Shown here: in pieces, positions 9,270 through 18,204 of the stretch
How positions within the stretch are numbered: the first letter of the stretch is position 1
Layout of the letters: the number at the start of each line of letters is the position of its first letter
Source: an uncultured Eubacteriales bacterium
GTDB lineage: Bacteria > Acidobacteriota > Aminicenantia > Aminicenantales > Aminicenantaceae
NCBI GenBank assembly: GCA_964645765.1
Contig: CAZYBE010000006.1
Location: forward strand, 18,175-82,174
DNA length: 64,000 nt
Direction of reading: 5' to 3'
Translations under genes and position numbers: made by a program
Notes under the pieces: model-generated
Database searches by the model: none
Seen by the model: the letters and a program-made list of their open reading frames with translations, nothing else
What the model was told of the DNA's origin: nothing

Positions 9270-11108
9270 ATGAGTCATCCCGCCTATTACGGCTATTATG
9301 GAAGGATTCTAGAGGTAGACCTTTCTAGAAATCAGATTCAAATTAAACCTCTTGAGCCGATAACGATTGAAAACTATCTGGGCGGAAGAGGGATTGCAAC
9401 CAGAATCTTTTATGATGAAATCGACCCCAAGTGCGAGCCCCTCGGCGAAGACAACGTCATCGTCATCGCTACTTCTCCTCTTGTCGGAACGCGGGCACCG
9501 ACCGCCTGCCGTGGGCATCTGGTCTTCAAGTCTCCGCTCACCGGATTGATCGGAAGCTCAAACTGCGGTGGCTCCTGGGCAAATTTCTTCAAGTCCGCAG
9601 GCTTCGATGTGCTGGTGATCAAAGGAAAATCTGTGCAGCCAGTATTTATTGATATTTCTCCAGATGAAGTTAAAATTAAACAGGCCGATCATCTCTGGGG
9701 GCTTGATGTCCTTCAAACAACAGAAAAATTGAGCGCAGAGAGCAAGCCAGGCAGCCGGCCGCGAATCCTCTGCATCGGTCCTGCCGGCGAGAAGCTTGTT
9801 CTGATTTCATCAGTCATGAACGAGAATAGAGCATTTGGCCGCTCAGGCATTGGCGCGGTCTTCGGCAGCAAAAACCTCAAAGCAATCAGAGTTTCCGGAA
9901 AAGAAAAAATCGCAATCCAAGACCCTGAGAGGTTTCAATCCGGCATGGAACAGGCGCTCTATCTGATGAAGGCAGCTCCTATTACCAAACGCCTATTTCG
10001 GGAACTCGGCACCTCTGGCTTGCTCAAGCTGATCGATGTCATGGATATGCTTCCCCACCGAAACTTTCAGGATAATATTCATAAGCCTGAAGACCTGGAC
10101 AAGATATCTGGCGAGACCCTGCGTAAAAAAATCCTTGAGCGGGCAGCAGGATGTTTTGGATGTCCAATTGCCTGCGCACGCTTAACCCGGGTCGCTGATA
10201 AAAAAGGTGAGGGACCGGAATACGAGACTATCGTCATGACCGGGCTTGATTGCAGCATTTACGACCTTGAAGCTGTCGCCTTGGCCAACTACCGCTTGAA
10301 CGAGCTTGGAATCGACACCATCAGCTTTGGCGGCACTCTTGCCTGCGCCATGGAGCTCTTTGAAAGAGGATATATAAGCAAGAAAGATACAGATGGGGTT
10401 GAGCTCTGCTTTGGAAATTCCGCTGCCCTCACAGAAATGGCTGAAGCCACTGCTTTCCGGAAAGGCATCGGGGACAAGCTTGCCCTAGGCTCCTACCGGC
10501 TTGCGAGTTTTTTCAAGCATCCCGAGTATTCGATGACAGTCAAGAAGCTTGAGATTCCTGCCTATGACCCGCGCGCCTCGTTCACTCAGGCTTTAGGCTA
10601 TATGACATCGCCAACCGGAGCCTGCCACCTGCGAGGTGGCTATGCGGTCTCGCTTGCCTTTTTCGGCGGGACAAAAGAAATTCCCCGCTTCAGCCTGCTT
10701 CAATCCCCAATCGCCATCAAGAACATGCAGAACCTGGGCATCATCCAGGACAGCCTCGGCATCTGCCGCTTCACCGGGTTTGCCTTCTCCACAGACCCTT
10801 GGTCAAGGATGGTGAGCGCGACAACCGGGATGGATTTTTCAACAACAAGGCTGGAGGAGATAGCCGACAGAGTTGCCACGCTGGAAAGGGTCTTCAACCT
10901 TGAGGCGGGTTTGAACTCTGACGATGACTCTCTGCCCGAGCGCTTCTCATGCGAGGCAATTACGGTCAAGGGAAAAGAAAGGCTCATTCCAAGAGAGGCA
11001 ATGGAAAGGATGAGGCGCGATTATTACCGGGCGCGGGGCTGGGATCAAGAAGGGAGGCCAAAGCAAGGCCTTCTCAAGGCGCTTGAAGTTGATGGAAGGA
11101 AAAAATGA
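9270..11108 (+). CDS. aor: Aldehyde:ferredoxin oxidoreductase (tungsten/molybdopterin AOR family)
   Basis: N-terminal AOR domain (YGYYGRILEVDLS..., KSPLTGLIGSSNCGGSWANFF..GFDVLVIKGKS) and a C-terminal CxxCxxxC cluster motif (GCFGCPIACAR). Confidence 0.85.
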   Translation: MSHPAYYGYYGRILEVDLSRNQIQIKPLEPITIENYLGGRGIATRIFYDEIDPKCEPLGEDNVIVIATSPLVGTRAPTACRGHLVFKSPLTGLIGSSNCGGSWANFFKSAGFDVLVIKGKSVQPVFIDISPDEVKIKQADHLWGLDVLQTTEKLSAESKPGSRPRILCIGPAGEKLVLISSVMNENRAFGRSGIGAVFGSKNLKAIRVSGKEKIAIQDPERFQSGMEQALYLMKAAPITKRLFRELGTSGLLKLIDVMDMLPHRNFQDNIHKPEDLDKISGETLRKKILERAAGCFGCPIACARLTRVADKKGEGPEYETIVMTGLDCSIYDLEAVALANYRLNELGIDTISFGGTLACAMELFERGYISKKDTDGVELCFGNSAALTEMAEATAFRKGIGDKLALGSYRLASFFKHPEYSMTVKKLEIPAYDPRASFTQALGYMTSPTGACHLRGGYAVSLAFFGGTKEIPRFSLLQSPIAIKNMQNLGIIQDSLGICRFTGFAFSTDPWSRMVSATTGMDFSTTRLEEIADRVATLERVFNLEAGLNSDDDSLPERFSCEAITVKGKERLIPREAMERMRRDYYRARGWDQEGRPKQGLLKALEVDGRKK

Positions 11109-12427
11109 GCGGAGAAAAATGGAAGGCGAGTGAAGAGTTGATTCGCATGTTTCAAGCTGTGGGTCGCGCTTCGCTCCTGTTAGACCTCCAGGACAGCCAC
11201 AGCGGAAACATGGCCATCCTCTGGAAGGATGAAAAAGGCGAGGATAAAATCGTCATCACTTCAACAGGTTCCCAGAAAGGCGACCTTGAGCCGGACCAGA
11301 TTTGTTTTCTCTCCGCTTCTGAGACGGATTATGGCTATTACAAGGCATCATCCGAGACAGATATTCATGCCCGGATTCTGGCCATCAAAGGCGTAAGGGC
11401 TTCCATGCATGTCCATAGCAAAGACCTGACCATAGCAACTCTTGACGATGAACAAAAGCCCAATCAGCCGCAGCCTTTTGTGCCCATCGACCCCCTAGGA
11501 TTTTATCATCTTGGAGGGCTTGTTCCTGTGGACTGGTTCGAGGTTCCGAGCGGCTCTCCTGAAATGACGAAAACTATTCCCGAAAGGCTTGCCAAACACC
11601 CGGCAACTGCGATTCAAGGGCATGGCGTGTTCACTAAAGGCCGGAGCCTCAAGGAAGCGTTCTTTTTAGCCGGCATCGCCAACAATTCTGGCTACATCGT
11701 CCGTCTGGTACAAAAGCTTGGTATCGACCTCAGTGGATTGAGGAATAAGATTCAGCCTAGCCCTGATTCTTTTTTTTCTTTCCATCCAGCCGAATACACG
11801 ATTGATGACGATGAAGTCTGTGATTTTCCCCATGAAGAGGAGATTGTTAAAGAATTTTTCAAGACAGGGGCCAGAATCTTTGAATCCCGTCTCTCTCCTT
11901 TTCATACAGGAAGCGTGTCGGTCCGCGGCGTGAAGACCATTCTTTATGCGCCAAAAGCAGCGATGCCACGGGAAATTGGCGGGCCGCTTCATGAGCTCTC
12001 TCTTTCTCCAGAAAATTCTGAATCGCCAGAACTGGCGATTCATAAGAAGATTTATGCTGAGAGCAACTTCCAGACTATTATCCACTGTTATCTCCCTGAG
12101 GCTGAAGCCATCTCTCTTTTCATTAATCCTGCCGAAAGCAAGCCATCCGCTCGGATTGTGCCCATAGATGCCGAGGGAAGCTTTCTTTATTTAGTGGTTC
12201 CGATTCTGCTGCCAAAATTTGATTTTAAAGAATTCCTTAAGCTGCTCCATGATTACAAGGTGGTGATTGTCAGGGGAGGCGGAGTCTGGGGGGTTGGAAC
12301 CCAATCGCTTTCCGAGGTTCTCCATCATCCCTCATCACTTCGAGAAATCTGCCTTTACAGAATCGGCGCTTTGGAGAGAGGGCTCGACCTTAAAAAGATG
12401 GAACCAAAGAAAGCGAAAAGGTGGTAA
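11105..12427 (+). CDS. Tandem class II aldolase/adducin-domain protein. The N-terminal domain keeps all metal ligands; the C-terminal copy is degenerate.
   Basis: Start overlaps the aor stop (ATGA). Domain 1 carries SGNMAI...ITSTGS, E(TDIH), MHVHS and QGHG, matching FucA/RhaD-type motifs. Domain 2 has GSVSVRG but IIHCY in place of HxH. Confidence 0.6.
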   Translation: MSGEKWKASEELIRMFQAVGRASLLLDLQDSHSGNMAILWKDEKGEDKIVITSTGSQKGDLEPDQICFLSASETDYGYYKASSETDIHARILAIKGVRASMHVHSKDLTIATLDDEQKPNQPQPFVPIDPLGFYHLGGLVPVDWFEVPSGSPEMTKTIPERLAKHPATAIQGHGVFTKGRSLKEAFFLAGIANNSGYIVRLVQKLGIDLSGLRNKIQPSPDSFFSFHPAEYTIDDDEVCDFPHEEEIVKEFFKTGARIFESRLSPFHTGSVSVRGVKTILYAPKAAMPREIGGPLHELSLSPENSESPELAIHKKIYAESNFQTIIHCYLPEAEAISLFINPAESKPSARIVPIDAEGSFLYLVVPILLPKFDFKEFLKLLHDYKVVIVRGGGVWGVGTQSLSEVLHHPSSLREICLYRIGALERGLDLKKMEPKKAKRW

Positions 12428-12446
12428 ATAAAAAGGAGGAAATTAA

Positions 12447-12923
12447 ATGGCGAAGGTGCTTGTTTGCTATTATTCACGGACTGGGAATACGGAGGAGATG
12501 GCGGAAAAAATAGCCGAAGTCATGAAAGGAGAAGGGTTGGATGTTGACCTGGCAAAGGTGGAAGACACGAAAGTTGACGAGCTCCTCAACTATGACTGTC
12601 TGATTTTCGGCTCGCCGACATATTACGGCTCCATGGCCTGGCCAATGAAAAAGCTTCTGGATGAAAGCGTGAAATTCCATGGAAGGCTGAAGGGAAAAAT
12701 CGGCGGTGCTTTCTCTTCTTCAGCCAATGTCGGCGGCGGTAATGAGACAACAATCCTGAGTATCCTGAAGGCTCTTATCATCCACGGAATGATTGTCCAG
12801 GGAGAGCCGAGCGGGGATCACTACGGCCCGGTCTCTATAGGAACGCCAGATAAAAGGGCTCTAAAAAATTGCGAACGCTATGCCAAAAATCTATCAGCTT
12901 TGGTAAAAAAATTATTTTTATGA
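12447..12923 (+). CDS. Flavodoxin family protein (WrbA/flavodoxin-like FMN protein)
   Basis: 158 aa. VLVCYYSRTGNTEEMAE FMN-binding loop and LIFGSPTYYG motif. RBS AAGGAGG. Confidence 0.65.
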   Translation: MAKVLVCYYSRTGNTEEMAEKIAEVMKGEGLDVDLAKVEDTKVDELLNYDCLIFGSPTYYGSMAWPMKKLLDESVKFHGRLKGKIGGAFSSSANVGGGNETTILSILKALIIHGMIVQGEPSGDHYGPVSIGTPDKRALKNCERYAKNLSALVKKLFL

Positions 12924-13052
12924 AAAAGTTAAAAAAAAGAGTAAGGGTTATTTTAGAATTTCTTTTTTGGCCTCAGGCCATTTTTCTTACTTCTCTAATC
13001 AATTGGCATACGCTGACACATTGTTAGAGCAGAGAAAAAAGCGAACTTTTTA

Positions 13053-13715
13053 TTAGGTAGCGTTCAGATAATCCAGGGCGCCCTGAGGGTCAGGATAATA
13101 AGCGTCTGCCCCGATTCTGTCCGCGAAATCCTGGGTTACAGGCGCGCCTCCGATGATGACCTTTACCTCTGGAGTTTTTGCTTTAATTTCCCTGGTGATG
13201 CTTTCCATGCTGACCATGGTCGTGGTCAGAAGAGCGCTGAGTCCGACGGCAAGAGGCTTATGCGCCTCGACGGCCTGGATGAATTTATCTGCCGAAACAT
13301 CAACACCAAGGTCGATAACCTCCCAGCCGCCTCCTTCGAAAAACATGGCCACGATTTTTTTCCCGATGTCGTGCAAATCTCCGGTGACTGTTCCCATCAC
13401 AATCTTGCCTTTGTGCTTGACTTCGCCCGATTGAAAATAAGGCTTCAGATGCTTCATGGCTGAGGTGAGCGACCTGGCAGACATCAAGACATCCGGAAGG
13501 TAGACTTCGCCGTCACGGAATCTCTCCCCGACCGTCTGCATTCCGGCAATCAGCCCTTTGGCCAGAATCTCAGAAGCAGGGATTCTTGACTCCAGGGCTT
13601 TCTTTGTCAGCTCATCAGCGCCATCCTGACCCTTCATATCAGGAGGATGGGGAGAGTTGGCATCGACCTTCCCCCTTTCCACACACAGAGCAATTCTTTC
13701 AATAATTTCTTTCAT
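13053..13715 (-). CDS. Corrinoid (cobalamin-binding) protein of methyltransferase systems (MtaC/MtbC-like)
   Basis: N-terminal helical cap domain plus B12-binding Rossmann domain with the DxHxxG signature (GDLHDIGKK) and GGAPVT. Confidence 0.75.
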   Translation of the reverse strand: MKEIIERIALCVERGKVDANSPHPPDMKGQDGADELTKKALESRIPASEILAKGLIAGMQTVGERFRDGEVYLPDVLMSARSLTSAMKHLKPYFQSGEVKHKGKIVMGTVTGDLHDIGKKIVAMFFEGGGWEVIDLGVDVSADKFIQAVEAHKPLAVGLSALLTTTMVSMESITREIKAKTPEVKVIIGGAPVTQDFADRIGADAYYPDPQGALDYLNAT

Positions 13716-13824
13716 TTCTTCACTCGATTCATTTCATTATTTTAGCTTCTCTGTTTAAGAAGAGAATAAGCAGAGGAAATTATACTTACTTCGCCCGATG
13801 ATGTGAACAAAAAAATAGCTCATT

Positions 13825-13859
13825 TGACTTTGAACCATTTTTTATTCCATAATAGCCCT
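13825..13859 (+). promoter_or_regulatory. Sigma70-like promoter (TTGACT-N17-CATAAT) upstream of small ORF 13882..14094
   Basis: ttgactttgaaccattttttattccataat, followed by RBS AAGGAGAGG and ATG at 13882. Confidence 0.35.
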
Positions 13860-13881
13860 AGAATTTTCAAGGAGAGGTTCG

Positions 13882-14094
13882 ATGCGTATGGAGTTTAAAA
13901 AAATCGTTAACCAGATAAAAAAACTTCAGCTCGAAGAAAAAGAAGAAATTAAAACTCTCATAGAAAAATATATTATTGAGGAAAGACGGGGAGAAATCCA
14001 GGACAACTATAAAAAAAGCAAAAAAGAAGCGAAAAAAGGCAAATTGGGTTTTTCGAGTGATATCGCCGAACTGAAGAAGTTTATTGATAGATAA
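13882..14094 (+). CDS. Small Lys/Glu-rich hypothetical protein (70 aa, predicted helical/coiled-coil)
   Basis: ORF has a good RBS and a promoter-like sequence upstream. Its 3' end overlaps the convergent rhamnosidase stop by 14 bp. No family recognised. Confidence 0.35.
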   Translation: MRMEFKKIVNQIKKLQLEEKEEIKTLIEKYIIEERRGEIQDNYKKSKKEAKKGKLGFSSDIAELKKFIDR

Positions 14095-16792
14095 ATTTAG
14101 CACTATTAAATTTATAATATCCGCTCCCTGTTTTGAAAACGAGGTATTTTCCTTTTCGGCCAAAGAACGAAACGTCTGATTTGCCTTTTTTTTTCAGAAT
14201 TCCCTTTTCCCAAAGAATCTTCCTGTTTTCTCTGACGACACAGTCTTCGCTCAAAACAGGAATATATATTTCCCCCTCGCTTCCCACAGGGATGAGAGCA
14301 ATCAATTCAAATGAATTTTTCTTTTTCTGCCACGATAGGCGAGCCTCTCCCCTAACTGTCTTCACTGTTGCTGTGGCATAATCGAGCCCATCGAGGACCG
14401 GAGGTCTTATGCGAACTCTCTTCCATCCTGGAGCAAGGCTCGATATTCCTGCAATCACCCTATAGAACCAGGCATCGAGGCTTCCGAGCATGATATGGTT
14501 GTGGGAATTCATGCCGCCGCCTGTTATCTTCTCCCATCTTTCCCAGAGCGTTGTCGCTCCCTCTTCAACCATGTACCCCCAGCCTGGATAGCTTCGCTGA
14601 TTGACAATCCTGTAGGCGACATCGCCATAGCCATTATCGGTGAGAACATCAAGAATGTATCTTGTTCCGAGGATTCCTGTGTCAAGATGATAATCCTGTT
14701 CCTGCGTGATGCTGTGGACAAGGCTCTGCAAAACTTTTTCCTTCTTCTCTTTTGGCACCATATCAAGATAAAGAGGAAGAATGTTGGAGGTTTGACTCAG
14801 GCTTCTCTCGACCGGGCTCATTCGCTGGGCTTTATAATGGTCGTCTTCTAGAAAATTTTTATTGAACGCCTCTTTGATCTTTTCAGCAAGCTTCAAGAAT
14901 CGCTGGTCATCATTCTTTTTTCCAAGAATCTTTGAAATTCTAGCCAGCAAGAGCACATCATGATAATAATACCAGCTCGAGGTCAGCTCCACAGGAGTCC
15001 TCTTGGGGACAACGCTACCTGGAGGGCACCAGTCACCATACTTTCCAAGTTTCTTCAATATGTTTCCTTCGGCATTTGCTCTAAGAAACTCGATATATTT
15101 TTTCAATGAAGAGTAATGTTCCTCGAGAATCCTTCTGTCTCCGTAAAAATTAAATACAAGCCAGGCGAGTGTGATGTAGGCGCTTCCCCACGCTGGGTCA
15201 GCAGGATACAACCGGCCAAGGTAAAGAGGAACTGTGTCGGGCAAACTTCCGTCCTCTTTCTGGGCAAGCTGGATGTCCTTCAGAAATTTTGTGTAGAAGG
15301 CAGCCATATCGAAATTGAAAGCAGCTTCTTCTGCTGAAAGATGGGCGTCGCCGAGCCAGCCCTGTCTTTCATCCCTTTGAGAACAGTCAGTCGGAATGCT
15401 CATCAGGTTTGAAAGCTGTCCCCAGACGATATTGTGGTGAATCTTGTTGAGAAGCTCGTTGGAGCAGAAGAAATCGCCGGCATTCTCCACATCCGTATTC
15501 ACGACACAGCCTTGGACATTCTCCAATGTGGGAACTCCTGGAAATCCTGAGACTTCAATATAACGGAAACCGTGATAAGTGAACCTTGGCTCATAAACCT
15601 CCAGGCCATCGCCTTTCAGGATATAGACATCGGTTGCCTCGGCATTCTGGTTTGGAGCTGTGTTCAGCGTCCCGTCTTCATGGACAAGCTCGGCATGCCT
15701 TAAGCGCACCTCTATTCCTCTAGGCCCGCTAACAGAGAGCCTTGTCCATCCGGCAAAATTTTGTCCAAAGTCGTAGATGTAAATGCCCGGGCTCGGGCTG
15801 TAAAGTCTCTTCGCCTTAAGCCTCTTTGTTACCCGAACGGGCTGAATCATTTGAGAATATAGCACTGGGCCCCTGACGACGGCTGCTCTATGCCATTTAG
15901 AATCATCAAAACCAGGCTTATCCCAGCCTGGCTGCTCGAGCCTGGCATCATACCTTTCTCCAAAGTAGAGGCCATCCTTGTTCAGCGCTCCATAGGAAAG
16001 CTTCCATCTCTCATCAGAAACGATTGTCTCTTTATTGCCGTTCTTGTAGTCGATCATGATTTGAAGGATTAGTCTTGGATGACCATAGCCGTAGTTTTTT
16101 ATATGCCTGCCATTTCCCAAGAGCACACCAATTGCATTTTTTCTCTTTATTTGACTGGTTATATCGTATGTCGAATAAAGAGCGATTTTTTTGTAATCTG
16201 TCTGCGCCGGGTCAAGGACGCGGTCTCCTATTTTGTTGCCATTGAGGTGCAGCTCATAAAAACCAAGGCCGCAGACATAGGCTCTTGCTTTTTGCACTTT
16301 TTCCTTCGCCCCGAACTCTTTTCTCAAATAAAGAGTCTGGCTGTGAACGTATTTCCCCATGTATTTTCCTTGAAAAACTGTTCCTCTTGAGCTGAACTCC
16401 TTACAGCCTTTCTTGCTGACCCACTCGGCCTTCCAGTCGCTCTTATTGAGAAGCCCCATCTCGAAAAATGCTGTCTCGCTGAAAGGACTTGCACTCCTAT
16501 CCTTATCCCACCATCTGACTCGCCAGAAGTATTGTCTGAAGCTTTTGAGCGGCTTTCCCGAATAAGCCGCATTGAATGTCTGCTCGGATTCGACCTTGCC
16601 GCTGTCCCATTGGTCTCTGATTCCGTTCAGGGCAAGCTCGAAGTCCGAAGAGACGATGATTTGATAGAATTTTTGACGCTGTCCCCTGCTCTTGTGTTCT
16701 ACAATCCAGGAGAATCGAGGCCTGAGCCTATCAATACCTAAAGGATTTCTCAGATACTCACATCTTAAATCCCTCGGCGCTGCTATTTTCAT
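14081..16792 (-). CDS. Alpha-L-rhamnosidase (GH78)
   Basis: Canonical GH78 N-terminus LRCEYLRNPLGID...PRFSW, then (alpha/alpha)6 catalytic region. 903 aa. Confidence 0.85.
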   Translation of the reverse strand: MKIAAPRDLRCEYLRNPLGIDRLRPRFSWIVEHKSRGQRQKFYQIIVSSDFELALNGIRDQWDSGKVESEQTFNAAYSGKPLKSFRQYFWRVRWWDKDRSASPFSETAFFEMGLLNKSDWKAEWVSKKGCKEFSSRGTVFQGKYMGKYVHSQTLYLRKEFGAKEKVQKARAYVCGLGFYELHLNGNKIGDRVLDPAQTDYKKIALYSTYDITSQIKRKNAIGVLLGNGRHIKNYGYGHPRLILQIMIDYKNGNKETIVSDERWKLSYGALNKDGLYFGERYDARLEQPGWDKPGFDDSKWHRAAVVRGPVLYSQMIQPVRVTKRLKAKRLYSPSPGIYIYDFGQNFAGWTRLSVSGPRGIEVRLRHAELVHEDGTLNTAPNQNAEATDVYILKGDGLEVYEPRFTYHGFRYIEVSGFPGVPTLENVQGCVVNTDVENAGDFFCSNELLNKIHHNIVWGQLSNLMSIPTDCSQRDERQGWLGDAHLSAEEAAFNFDMAAFYTKFLKDIQLAQKEDGSLPDTVPLYLGRLYPADPAWGSAYITLAWLVFNFYGDRRILEEHYSSLKKYIEFLRANAEGNILKKLGKYGDWCPPGSVVPKRTPVELTSSWYYYHDVLLLARISKILGKKNDDQRFLKLAEKIKEAFNKNFLEDDHYKAQRMSPVERSLSQTSNILPLYLDMVPKEKKEKVLQSLVHSITQEQDYHLDTGILGTRYILDVLTDNGYGDVAYRIVNQRSYPGWGYMVEEGATTLWERWEKITGGGMNSHNHIMLGSLDAWFYRVIAGISSLAPGWKRVRIRPPVLDGLDYATATVKTVRGEARLSWQKKKNSFELIALIPVGSEGEIYIPVLSEDCVVRENRKILWEKGILKKKGKSDVSFFGRKGKYLVFKTGSGYYKFNSAKFIYQ

Positions 16793-16914
16793 TTTACGAT
16801 TAAATTTATTCTCTACTTTTGATTCGCTGGCGCAAAAGCGCCGTTTCTTTGAAACACCAGGCCTGACTCATAATGTGGTTTTGCATCACGGAAAAAAATG
16901 CTAATTCTCTCAAT

Positions 16915-18186
16915 TCACCTGCGCTTGGAAGTCACCTCGGCTTCGTAGCGTTTGATTTCCTCAATCCAGACATCGCCTGGAGGAACATCATTCTTTAAAC
17001 AGTAGAAATCCCAGACTGTACCAAAAGGCATGGTCTTTGCTTCCTCCATGAGCGCCAGGCGGGAAAAGAAATCGCCTCTGTCCTCAGATTCTTTGAGCCT
17101 CGGCCGAGGCTCAAGTAGAGCCAGCAGAAGCCCCTTTAAAACAGCTCGCGCTCCGATAACCCAGGCTCCAATACGATTGAGGCTGGCATCAAAAAAGTCA
17201 AGGGCAATATGGACACGTCCCAGCACACCGCCTCTGACAATCTCTTCGCAGACTGTCTTCAGCTCATCATTGAGGATGACAACATGGTCGCTGTCCCATC
17301 TGACACCTCGGCTGAAGTGAAGAAGCAGATCTGAAGAAAACTGTAGAATTGCTGAGATCTTATCTGCGACAGATTCTGTCGGATGAAAGTGCCCAAGGTC
17401 AAGGCAAAGCATGATGTTTTTTGAAATAACATAGCCCATGTAAAACTCGTGGGAGCCGACAACATAGGACTCGCTTCCGATGCCGAAGAGCTTGCTCTCC
17501 ACAGAATCCTTCATTTCTTTGGGGCTGTATTCCATCTCAAAAATCTTATCCAATGACTCTCTGAGAAGAGCCCGGTGCGTCCAGCGGTCGAACGGCGCAT
17601 CTTTTGAGCCGTCAGGTATCCAGAGGTTATGGATGCAGGGACTTTGCAGCTTCTGTCCCATAAAAGCACTTATGGCGCGGCAGCGGCGGACATGCTCAAT
17701 CCAGAATTCGCGAATTTTTTTGTCCCTGCTACTCAGAGTAAAACCCGAATCTGCTTTGGGATGGGAGAAACAGGTGGCGTTAAAGTCAAGCTTGAGGTTT
17801 TCAGACTTCGCCCATTCGACCCAGCCTTTAAAATGCTCAGGGCCAATCTGGTCTCTATCGACAGGCTTAGCTCCGAATTCACCGTAAATCGCATGGAGGT
17901 TCAGGCGGTGACGGCCTGGAATCAAGGAGTAGGCTTTGTTTAAATCCAGGCGCAGCTCGTCGATGGTCCTTGCTCTTCCCGGATAGTTGCCTGTGACCTG
18001 AAGTCCTCCGCCTTCAAGCCGGGCCCCTGGCTTTTCAAAACCCCTGACATCATCTCCCTGCCAGCAGTGGATTGAGAGAGAAATGCTTTCCAATGTTTTT
18101 ATGGCTTTATCCGCGTCTACTCCCAGCTTGGAGTAGAGCTCATTTGCCATTTTATATGCATCTTCAATTTCTTTTATGTTGTTCAA
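16915..18186 (-). CDS. rhaA: L-rhamnose isomerase
   Basis: 423 aa with HCWQGDDV and other RhaA-specific segments. Confidence 0.9.
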   Translation of the reverse strand: MNNIKEIEDAYKMANELYSKLGVDADKAIKTLESISLSIHCWQGDDVRGFEKPGARLEGGGLQVTGNYPGRARTIDELRLDLNKAYSLIPGRHRLNLHAIYGEFGAKPVDRDQIGPEHFKGWVEWAKSENLKLDFNATCFSHPKADSGFTLSSRDKKIREFWIEHVRRCRAISAFMGQKLQSPCIHNLWIPDGSKDAPFDRWTHRALLRESLDKIFEMEYSPKEMKDSVESKLFGIGSESYVVGSHEFYMGYVISKNIMLCLDLGHFHPTESVADKISAILQFSSDLLLHFSRGVRWDSDHVVILNDELKTVCEEIVRGGVLGRVHIALDFFDASLNRIGAWVIGARAVLKGLLLALLEPRPRLKESEDRGDFFSRLALMEEAKTMPFGTVWDFYCLKNDVPPGDVWIEEIKRYEAEVTSKRR

Positions 18187-18204
18187 ATCGCCTCCTTGAT
18201 GAAA

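Noticed and set aside
13867-14163. 98-aa minus-strand ORF (F-rich, low complexity) overlapping the small + strand ORF
   Set aside because: Low-complexity poly-Phe/Lys translation of an AT-rich spacer. The + strand ORF has a promoter and an RBS instead.
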